DNA from: Paecilomyces variotii
Lineage: Eukaryota
Strand: one strand, 5' to 3'
Assembly (NCBI GenBank): GCA_004022145.1
Contig: RCNU01000014.1
DNA length: 64,000 nt
Shown piece after piece: positions 12,990 through 24,153 of this stretch (its first letter is position 1; every line of letters begins with the position of its first letter). Below the pieces are notes generated by a model. It worked only from the letters and a program-made list of their open reading frames with translations, ran no database searches and was not told where the DNA came from. The position numbers and the translations under genes were made by a program.

Positions 12990-15790
12990 AAATAGAGATA
13001 TCGCGTCGTAATTTCAGATCGTCCAGGGCAGGTCAACTATTGGAGACGTTGTACGGACTGTTTTCGGTGGCGTGCCTCGCAGCCTGAAATTTTTCCAGGC
13101 ATAAAAGAGGATCCGAGGGGAAGTCACGGGATCTGGCTGCTGCGCCTCTCGGACTGCGCGGATTCTTCTTGGTTTGGTTTGCAAGGAACTTTGTTGGCCT
13201 GAGTTACCGCCAGCGGCACCAGCACAGCTTTTTAACTCCCGACCACGAGGGGCTGGCTGTTGTTGTTGTTGCTGCTGCTGCTGCTGTTGACGAGATCGAA
13301 GCTCTCAACTCTCAGACTATAATAGTACTTTCCCACTGGAGTTCCCCTGGTAGCTGCATCCCGGCCAGGTCACCGTTTTTTGCTCTGCAGTCCTGCTGAA
13401 GAGCTTACTATCTGTTCGACCAGCGCGCCTTGGGAAGTCTCAGCGTCCTAATCCATCCAGCTCATACCTAAACCCAAGGAATCGGCCCCGCGGCGATCGA
13501 ATGGCCCAAGGCCACGTCGTGATCAGGGTGGCTGGCAAAATATCCGTGGAGCCGTTTTGGCGCAGCGACTTTGTCGCCCAATCTCCATTGCTTGCTGTCT
13601 GAATTTCCACTCTGACGTTCGACAGCAGCCACGATCTGCTGCTTCCCCGTCGGTCGGTAAAGCACCGCCAGCATTGGCAACCGACATCTGAGGCGAAATA
13701 GAAGCTGAGCTGGTGACGAACGATCTGTCTCAAATCGTTCCTCCAGGGGTGTGGCGCGCTCGCTCAGCACCGGGACTGATCCACGCCTTGCAGCTGAGCT
13801 GGGACAGACCAGACCAAGCCATATATATCTACAAATATAGGAGGCTTCACATCAATGCGCTTTGAAACAGGAGTGGCTGTTCGACGCGTCTGTCAGTGAA
13901 GAATGTCTGTCTCAAGATCCGCTCCTCAGTGACATGTGCGGTGAGAGAAGTACTCCGCTTTCGAACCTTATTGCTAGTAAATCTGTTTTTCTCTTCCTCG
14001 ATTCAGTAGACGTACCTCTGAGTTCACTCTACATTAGGGCAGAATGGCGGGAGCTCCGCTATAGACCATGTCTCTTTTGCTCCTTTGCCCCCGCGGCATC
14101 GGTCAATGCGCCTTTTCTCGAGCTCAGAATCAGATCATCTCGCCTTGATTTCCTTCATAGCTGCATCTATTAATAAGTAGCGCTGGGGTGATGCATGTGT
14201 CTATCCTAGTGTGTCTATCCTAGTTCAATGTCCAGTCCAGGGCCTCCAGGCATTGTTTCGCCCACATCTTAGTTATCTGTCAGTTCTGGATATGCCCCAA
14301 CGTTGACACTTGATGCTGCAGGGACACCAATGGCCACAGGTGCAGAGCTCAGAACTCCGCTTCAGATGTATAAGAGCTGGAGTTCTCTGACATGTCCCCA
14401 GTTAACCCCGACGAGATCTGCTAAGTATCATGTCCCCGTAGTGGCTCTCATACTGCTTCAGGCAACTCTTCGCTCTACTAGTGCAGACCATCTCCTAGGT
14501 TCGCAGGTTGTATACGTGGGATCCTGGCATCCCTGCCTGGCCTGGTAGCAATCCCGGAGAGCGGACAAGCAAGGCCAGCAGGAGAAACAGCTCACTGGAA
14601 ACAAGCAGTGCGCCAAATGGCAATTGGTCCAGCGTTCAACTAGCATGCTTCTTATGCAAATTCCGGAAATGCGAGTGGCTGACAGAGGTCGTCGATCAGT
14701 CTTGTCGGTTTCTGCTATATCGCCAGTGGCCGAGAATGAATTCACACAAATCCACATTTATCATGTGCACTGCTATGATCAACGAGCTTAAGAATGAGTT
14801 CTAGAAGCAACATTAGGGTGATCTTTCAACAATAATAAGAGGTCTTGCTATGCCATGCCACTATGGAAATCGAGTCCCTTGCCGATTGCCTCCAGCATGC
14901 TGGCACGGTCCACGGCACGTGCCCGGACCAGAAGCATCGTGCACATCGATACCCATGGCTCATGCGACAAGTACTGTGATCTTTGGCTCATGCTTGACGA
15001 CTACGATCGTTGTGTTTGCAAATCGACGCGTTTTGATCTGGTCGGGTCCACTTTTCATCAGAGTCTTTTGCATCTTCCTTCCGGTTGAACCAAGTCAATC
15101 AATAATACTACTTATAGATGTCGTATCGGCCGTGCTCCTGCTGAATCGAATACGCTGCGTAAGGCGTCCCAATTATCTAGCTAAGGAAAGGCCCATTAGT
15201 TCATACATGCCGTTCTCAACAATCTGTAGCCGTCATAGCAAGGATATGTCCATTCCTAATTTCCTACAAGCAGCTGTTACCGTGCGCTAGCGTTCCTGGA
15301 CAGGCCTCGAACTTAGAGAACAAGGGCTGCTATAGATCTGTTTGTCCTGCAGCCGATCTCTCGTATAAAGCGCTTAAGCAGCACGTCGAGAGGTTCGTTA
15401 ACTAGTTACTCTAACTACCTATAGTTAACTAACATATCGCAAGCTGACAAACATTCCGCAGTCTTCCGCATGTCAGTGCTGATTGGATTGCTCGCTCATA
15501 CTCCATCCAATTAGCATTGACGGTCCCTGAGAATTCAGAATTCGCTGAAGATCAGCAAGCTAGATATGATTTGTTTCCTGAGCTACTCCATTCCAGATTG
15601 TCCTGAACATACGAGCTTCAAGAGCCCAAAAATGTAGCGCGCGGACATCTCTCTTGGTCCTTCTTTGCAGGTTCCTTCGCTACGAAATTATTTCTTTCTT
15701 TAAAACCCATTTCCACTCCTTCGAATCATTCAGCGACGATCCCTCGGAGACACTTGCCCTGAGATTTGGAACGTTTCTTTTGAATCGAAA

Positions 15791-16380
15791 ATGCAGTTGA
15801 CCAAGGTAAGTCCCCAATTGCACTTTGGAGAGGTGTAAAGGCAGTGAATATTCTATCGCAGAATGGAGGTCTAAATCATCATCCAACATCAACATCAAGA
15901 CACAATTCATCCACTACTTCTGTTTTCCTGCTGCAAGATCCAAAGACTAACTCAACTTCTCCCCGCTTTCGCAACCCACAGCTCTTCCTCACCGCTGCTG
16001 CCACGCTGGCCATCGGCCCTGCCACAGTCTACGGCTACGCGCTTGCCGGCGCTTCCGTTCGTTACTACGACTACTGCAGACAAGACAACGCCCCTGCGGA
16101 TTCCCCCTACGACTCGGATCCGATCATTCTCCACGAGAACAAGTGCGAGGAGGTGGAGATGCTCCCGCCGCACTTTGGCTTCTACGCAGTGAACGGAATC
16201 CCGCTCAACAATGACGCTCGCTGGCACTGCGACGGTATCCAGGTCTTCACGAACCGTCATTGCGGTGGCGAGCCAGATTTCGAGCTCCCTTTCAATAACC
16301 CGCATGATGCGACTCTCGGAACTTGCCATCCGAAGATCTTTGGATTCGTCTCGCTACGATTGGACTGCAACCCTCACTAG
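15791..16380 (+). CDS. Small secreted 6-Cys protein A (~137 aa)
   Basis: Exon 1 15791-15805 (MQLTK) and intron 15806-15981 (GTAAGT..ACTAAC..CAG) give signal peptide MQLTKLFLTAAATLAIGPATVYG; 6 Cys in the mature part. Confidence 0.85.
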
Positions 16381-17209
16381 ATCTCCCAGACTGGAGTCGC
16401 CTATTGGGGGATTTGATCTGACGCGCTCTACGAGAGTGATTTTACATTTCGGTTCTTCATCATGGCCTTCTATGTTCACGCGGAAACGTACTCTTTAATG
16501 ATCTCGATCAGTCACGGTTTATGAAGAAAGAGGCGGACATTAGGCATAGCCGTTCATGACTACTGCTGTCCATAATTACCTATGTACTAGTATTAATATA
16601 ATGCATCCAACGAATTAATTCAAAATCTCACGTCCTTGCCGCTGTAGCACGAGACACATAATCAAATCCCGCCCCTCCTGATCTTCATACCGCAATCTCC
16701 TAGTGAGGGACCAACAACTCATGAATGCTGATCCATCTATGTTTTACACGCGTTTGGAATTGAAATGCCAGACACGCGAAGCGGGCAATATTAGCGAACG
16801 GATACGTATCAAGTATCGATGTGTTAATAGGTCTGTGACTGATTTTCTTCTCTATCCGAATCGAGAGATCTATCCACCTCGAAGCAACCTATAGCGATAC
16901 TTATCGATAAGCCTCTCTGGGAAATAAAATTCTAGTATTATTTACAAAAGAAATCATACAGAGAACGTCACATAACTATCTTCGCTCTGTCATATACTTA
17001 TTATTCTTGGTATTTTCCCGATCTACTACTATTACGTACCTAACATTTCGCGAGAAGAGATAGACTGCGTAGTAGTTACTTTACCTTCGAATATCGACCC
17101 TCAATCGTGAATGTAGAAAAGAAAACCGCACGTTCTATTCTACTCTATTCCTCGGCCTTTCAATCCCTTACCATACAAGTTATCTTGGTAGATATTGTAA
17201 GCAAAAACT

Positions 17210-17210
<1 letters not shown>

Positions 17211-17247
<37 letters not shown>
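17211..17247 (+). repeat. Poly(A) tract of 37 nt
   Basis: Directly visible. Confidence 0.9.
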
Positions 17248-17249
<2 letters not shown>

Positions 17250-17886
17250 AAATAATACCATACAAATCCCCAATCGCAAGAACACACACATCTCGAATTC
17301 CTCAACGAGGTTGAGACATCATCTCATGAAACATTGTACATACATCGCACAAACCTCTCTGACCAATCATCGCGCGTCCTGACACGCGTCGGGAATGTGG
17401 CCGGGCGGGAGGCGGGGGTTTCTCCCTTCCGCTCGCTTCCCGCCCCGCCCTGTAAGTAAGTACGTAGCGGATCTTGGCGCGTTGGGGGTGTTTTCCTGCC
17501 ACCGCGAGAATCGCGGGGCTGGAGGACAGATAGGAAAGTAGATGAGTATAAGTATGAGGTCGTAAGCGTTTGTGATGGGGATTTTTACATTGCATTGTTA
17601 ATTAAGCAAGCAAGTTAGCAAAGCAAGCATATCAGGTCGTTGGCTTGAGGGTTGTACAGACAGAAGTCACGAACGCCAACTCGATCTCACTGTCTCGTGT
17701 CTACGATATATTGCTTCTTCTTCCCATATCTCAGAGAGATAAGAAGATTGAAAAAGGAAAAAAGATACACACGCGTCAGAGGAATCAAGAGTCATCAGTT
17801 ACGCGATATAACCTTATATCCATCATATTTCATCCATAGAGGAGGAATATCGGCAGTTCATCTAAACAAATCACACACCCGCCAAA

Positions 17887-18507
17887 ATGCACTTCTCAAA
17901 CGTGAGTCGAATCCAGTCTCTCTCTAGCCCATCAGGAATAATAAACCCTCCCTTCCCGCCCAAAAAAATATATACTAACTCCCTCCACATCCAGCTCGCA
18001 ACCCTCACCACCATCCTCTTCACCACACAACACGCATTCGCCCTCAACGGCGCCCGCATCTGGACACATTTCTACCCCCAATGCTCCGTCGACGGCATAA
18101 CCCCCGGCTACTCAACTCTCACCAGTCCCCGAACCGACATCCGCTCTGGCGTCTGCCACGAAGTCACCACCCCTCTCTCCGACGACAGCAAAGTCGCCTC
18201 CATCTCCATTGACGCGGAGACTCTCATCTCTGAATCAGGCACGCATTGTAACGTGACTGTGCACGAGGTGCCTGGATGCGTGGACGAGCCGCTGATCACT
18301 GCCTCTATCAGGGATGGGAAAGCGCATAGTGGATGCGTGGAGAGGAATTTCGTTACTTATTCCGCTGTTTGGGTGCGGTTGGATTGTGGAGCGGCGAAGG
18401 AGATGTTGCCGAGGGTTAAGTCGGGGAATAATGAGGAGTTTGAGGTGGCGAGGTTTCCGACGAGGAGGGATAGTGTTGTTAGGAGGAGGATGTCGTATTA
18501 TGCTTGA
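17887..18507 (+). CDS. Small secreted 6-Cys protein B (~175 aa), paralogue of protein A
   Basis: Exon 1 17887-17901 (MHFSN) and intron 17902-17994 (GTGAGT..TACTAAC..CAG) give signal peptide MHFSNLATLTTILFTTQHAFA; 6 Cys. Confidence 0.85.
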   Translation: MHFSNVSRIQSLSSPSGIINPPFPPKKIYTNSLHIQLATLTTILFTTQHAFALNGARIWTHFYPQCSVDGITPGYSTLTSPRTDIRSGVCHEVTTPLSDDSKVASISIDAETLISESGTHCNVTVHEVPGCVDEPLITASIRDGKAHSGCVERNFVTYSAVWVRLDCGAAKEMLPRVKSGNNEEFEVARFPTRRDSVVRRRMSYYA

Positions 18508-19041
18508 GTTGTTTCTTTCTTTCTTTCTTTCCTTTCTTTTCATCCTTTTGGGAGAATAAAGGAGAATAGGGAGATGAAGGAAACGAAAGGAAAGGAAAGG
18601 AAAACGAGTACATACCATTTGAGAGTTTGGGGTGGTTTTTTTACTCTTGATCTGAGGGCGTTATGCGGTTATGATTGATTATTGGGGATGTTGGAAATTG
18701 GATTTACTGCACGATGTGCCGCTGTGCGGCCATTGGAGTAACGGGGCAAGTATCTGTGAGAAGAGTGTTTAAAGAAAGGCTGGGCCTCTTGTTATCAATC
18801 AGGAATTGTTAGAGAAGCACAATACATGGAAAGCATTTGATATGATGAAATGGAATATTGGATAGATATCACATAATATCCTCCACCGAAATAAGGCAGC
18901 AAATCTAATATACATACAATGCAGATATTTTGTGTCATTTCCCGAGCCAATACATTTCCTTGCCTAAAAACAGTAGCGTGAAGATTGAGAAAAGAGTACA
19001 CTCCCGATGATGCTCGTGACGCCGATGCTTGGAGACGCATT

Positions 19042-22000
19042 TCAAAAACCAAAACTATCTAGCAAGGAATTGGCATCAGGTTCCTGGAAAGTCGTTGGCG
19101 GAGGCTTCTGCGATGTCGATGGGGGTTGGATCTCTTGGATGCCAGGTCTCATCGGCATATCCGCAATGACGAGACTGCTCCGCCGCTTGAGAAGTTTGCG
19201 ATAGTCCACTTGCTTCTCCGTCGGCTCCGCTGGGAGGCCCTTAGGCGGCTTATGTTCTTCTCGGAGGAACTCCCAGTGGCGCACGAGGTCCAGAGCTAGC
19301 AAGTCGCAACCCATCCGATCGTAGAGGCGTGCGTTGCGGAGAACAAAATTCCACTCCGCGAGAGGAGGGACCTCAGTGGCGCCCTTCAGTGTCTGTAGCG
19401 TCTTCTCGCGTAGTTGCTTGTATAGGACGACCAATGCTGGGTCGTTGGAAAGGTACGATTTCGCTTGTAGTGTGATCAACCCCGGGCTTCCCGGAGACGC
19501 AGGTGTAGGCGGAATCAAAGATTCAATCGGTGACTAGAAGAACCATTAGACATGTATTTGAACCAATACGATCTATAGACTTACCACAAGGGCACGGACG
19601 GCCATGTCTCTTCGATTGAGCATCCAGAAGGCCCACGATGCCATCCATCTGTTACCCTCAGTAGCGGCATCGACAAGGACTCTCTCTTCCAATAGCTCCT
19701 TCAGAACAGGCCCATTATCGCCCTCGTAAGCTCGCGTTATCGTGATGGCAAGCTGAAGGTCTCCAAGCTGATTCATGCACACCTGTGCGGCATCACGGAG
19801 ATGATCCGCGAGGAGGAAAAACGCTGCCGCATACTCTACAAGGATATAATCAGCCACCGTCTAATTCAAACAAATTGATTCCATGAATACGTACCAAATC
19901 TCCGTTTTCCGAGCAGAGCATAAGCGTTCTTCAGCGCCGCAGTCTTCCACCTCGCTTCCTGGAAATTGTTGGCAAGGAGACGCTGCGTAGCACCTTGCTC
20001 ACGGTGCCAGTTGGCAATGCGCCAGAGTCCTTGCAGAACATTCTTCTTTTTCAACGCTAGGTAGTACAGCGCACAATCAACTGGATTCTTCTCTTCTGAT
20101 TTTGTATACTCGTTTCTGGCGACGATTTCTAGCTGCGCTCTCTGGGGGACAATCAGAGGATGTCAGAACAGAAATTGAATGGACCTTACCAAAGCTGTCA
20201 CGTCCGATAACCACATAAACAAACCAGCTTCTCTTGCATTTTTCCACAGCATCTTGCCATTGAACTGCCTCCCCACAAGGTCCGTCAAGATATCTTGACT
20301 TCCACTGTGGAAAGCCCAGACGATTTCTCGCCAAGACACCCTATGATTGTTTGCGACTCCTTGGCTTCTTCGCAGCATGTGTTGGCGGAAGAAAAGCAAG
20401 TAGCGCGCAGCATTATCATCCATGGACCGCCGATGTTTCTCGACAGTAGAAATGCACTCGATTGTGTCCGCCAGGCGAAATTGCTCTTGGCTGGAGAGCT
20501 GAGGCAGAGCAACCCGTGTCAAGTTTTCATTGAGAATCGCGGCAACATTTTCGTCTACAACGTAAGATTCCTCGTCAGCAGAGTATTCGAGAATAGAGGA
20601 TCGCATCTCTTTCCGTGCTGCCTTCTGTGAGACCTGTAGTTCATGTGAGTCATCAAAGCAATAGCAAATTGAAGCAGACACTTACATCGGCTTCGTCGTA
20701 GAAATCTTCCAAAGGCATCTCAAGGAACGTATCTACATCATCCCCCTCGGTGTAAAACTTCAGCTTTTTATGGAGGTTTATGCAGATAGCATGCACCAGC
20801 TGTATTTTGCCCCAGAGTATACATTGCGCAAGGAACTGGGGATGGTACACGGGAAGTGGCCCGTTTAGTCGACTGACCATCTCAAAGAGATCGACGGTTG
20901 ATGTGCCATGGGAAGGTATTCGCAAGTCGCTCACAAGGCGGTTGTTGCTGACATCGATCTTTTCATCATAGACGAACAGTTGATTGCCAGCGCCGATGAT
21001 GAGATGACCGCTACTTAGCCAGCATGAGTCACCAATTGGGTGCGGAGTTAGATCACGAATTCGTATCTCCCTGATTTGCGTCCAAGATGGACCGGAATCG
21101 AGATAGTCATAGCGCAGCTGAGATAGTAAAATGACCTTGTGAGGGAACCCTACCGCCAGTATCGACTGCATATCCGGCGTTGATGTCCAATCAAGGTCGC
21201 GAATCACGTCTTGCTGCGAGAAATATTCCTCGAATTCCAACTGCGCACCGCTGGTATCCCAGATAGTCAGACGTGTTCGATCCTTATCAACAAGAGCAGC
21301 CTTCCGGATCGAGCTCCCGCTGGCAAGGGAAGGCTCTGAGATGCCCGTCTCGACGGTCGACGTTAGCAGCCAATCCAACTTGGAATTTTCTGCGTCAACT
21401 TTAGCCGCCCATGTCCGCACAGTGCCCCCATGCGTATATGAAAGCGCGATGTCAGCCGCAAAGACATCCAAAAATCCTGATACCTTTGCCTGGGGACCCG
21501 CAGGATCGACAGGCAGGATGTACGATACGTCTTCTTCTTCCACGCCCAAACTGAAGGTACAGAACTGCCGCAGATAGGCATGAGTTCCATTCTGACCGTT
21601 AGCTAGATTCTTTCCACCAGGCAGTCGCAGCTCCCAAGCAATACCTTTCATATCTGCTCCGATCGCAGCGACATAAGCCACTCCTGAGTCCGGCTCAGTG
21701 GTGGGGACTGTCAAGACGCATAGCGGCTTGCTAGATAAATTGTAATCGCAGACAGCCAGCCGTTCACCATGGAAGGAGCGCAGATCCCAAAGGGAGATGC
21801 TGTTGTGGTGGAGATTGATGAGGAATTTTCCATCTCCGATCACACAGGTGCGATGGATATGTTCATCGGACTGGATCGAGCTCTGGCGAGACAAGACAGG
21901 GCTACCACGTCTTTGCTTCCAGATCATTGCATTGTTGTCGTCTGTCCGTGATACTACAACATGTCCGCTTGCATTGCGAACGATTTTCTTGACAGGAGCC

Positions 22001-23419
22001 GTATGTCCTGACCAAGTCGCCCTCAATGATAATCGGTCCTTGCGTTGCGTCGGATCAAACAGCACATCAATGTGTGAGTTGAACCACTCAATCCGGCCAT
22101 CAAAGTGGTGCGCCAATATGGTGATCGAGTCATCCTTCTCTCCAGAAAATGCATGAAAGCGCGCATAGTCTTCCTCCGGCGACAAGCCTGACATAAAAGA
22201 AAAGTTCACACCCTCGATATGCAAGATGTTGAAGACGCTGGCCGGCGCCTTCGATTTGCTAGCGACATTTTCCAAAGCCCAGGCAGACATGTGGCCTTTA
22301 TCATCGATAACCACGCAGATTTCAGGGCTCTTATTGGCTACCTCGATGAGATGTTCCAACGCAGGACTCGGCTTCTCACTCGTACTCCGTTGCACCGCTC
22401 GTTCCGTAGCGGAAGTAAAGTCTCTACTATCGATGATGAAACCGTACCGTCGCGATCCTTTCATCGAAAGAGAAGCCTTCCTAGGCTGAATAGAAGAATT
22501 CATATCGATTTCCGTCCAGAGCTGCAAGGCCGAAAGCGAATGTGGTTCCGCAGAAACCCACACTCGGATCTTATTATCGGCGCAGAGCGTGTATAGAACA
22601 TTTTCCATCGACTGTTCTTTATGGCACGGCTTCCGCCAATGTATTCCCGTAACCGCTGCCGGGTGAGGCAGGTAGAATATCTCGAATCGCGCATCATCTG
22701 CACCCCAAGACAACCGCCGCCATATCTTGACCAGACGATCATACGCTCCTGCCGAGGCGATCAATTCCGTATCAGGCGAGAACTCTGCGAATTTAACCGG
22801 GTTGGCAAGCTTCTTTCTCCATATCAGACGCGGGCTATCGTCGTTCAAGAACCAGAGAGATAGAGCGGAGTTGCCCGCCAGGAGCTCGTTCGAAGAACCC
22901 CACGACAGCGTACGAATCGGTTCGGTATCATCTTCGGACCGGAACGTGTATTCGAGAGACCACTGTAATCATCCATACACAGTCAGTATAAATAATCCCA
23001 TCATACTCCTCCTCCGGGCCAAATAGCAGAACTCCTAACCTTCAAGGTCTCATCTTTCACATTCCCATACGGACGATAGACGAATATATCCTGCCCTCCG
23101 CATACGACAATACTAGCAGTCGAGTCATCGATTGCTACCGCCTCGAGGGATTCCGTATCATCCACATAGATAGTCTGTAGGAGCTTCTGCGCTCCGCTGA
23201 GAATGACGAGGGCATGGCCGGAGACATATGCCTAGTTAAGGGGACGCGCAACTTGTCAGCGAATTGGAAACCCATGCAATGCAACATGCAATCGGAAAGG
23301 GAAAAAAAAGAGATAAGACGGAGAATTTATGATCATACCACTATCCGAAGTCCCTCCCAGACCGCGGTGCTGAGAGTCTGGAGCTTCGCTGGCGGCCTCC
23401 CCGGTAATACCGTTCGCAT
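19042..23419 (-). CDS. rav1: RAVE complex subunit Rav1 (WD-repeat regulator of V-ATPase assembly), multi-exon
   Basis: N-terminus MRTVLPGRPPAKLQ, WD repeats, LNGPLPVYHPQFL, Rav1_C motifs WKTAALKNAYALLGKRRF and AAAFFLLAD, C-terminus EPDANSLLDSFGF. Several short GT-AG introns link the ORF pieces. Confidence 0.92.
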
Positions 23420-24153
23420 AGGAACGGTTGAAACCACTGCTGCGCGCCCGGAACGGCGCTTTACACCATTGCCAGAATTCGGGATCAGGAGGGTCGCGGC
23501 GGTCGTGTTAGCAGAAATGTTAGTTAAAATAAGCGATTCTGTCTGGTCCCAGGTGAGGTGAAGGCCGCGTTGACATTTGTATGTTCGGAGCTGCAAGCAA
23601 GCAGAGAGAGCTTGCTTGGGCGCGATCCGAACACGACGACGTCAAGACGGCAGACCGTGTGATCACCGAAGATCGGCCACGGGACCAACCAAGAGACTCT
23701 ATCAGTGCGGAGAGCGATTATACAGGCTACAATCAGACAATATATACTGCGGGGCATGTAATTTATTTATGGCAGATGTTTGAAAATGCTGAAAATTGCA
23801 CTAGGTATAAAATCAACATCGCTTTTCACGCTTATACCAGGGGGACAAACGCCGCGCTCATGCTACAGGAAAGAATGGCTTGACTGTCCATGCATTCCAT
23901 AATCCCAACACAGCCGTCGTAATAAAGATATCATCAAGGAGACCACCGGCGATCCGACATGGTATATGCAAGAAATATGAGCCGACTGCGCCAAGAACAG
24001 AAAGGTCGATGTATACGCCAACCCCGCAAGGCGAGAGGGTATCAAAAAACACCAACAACCAAAACAGATCATTTCTCCACCACCAAAGGCGCATTTGTTC
24101 AGAAAAGGAAAGAAAGAAAGATAGGAAAGTAGAGGTATCCAAAAGATCACAGT

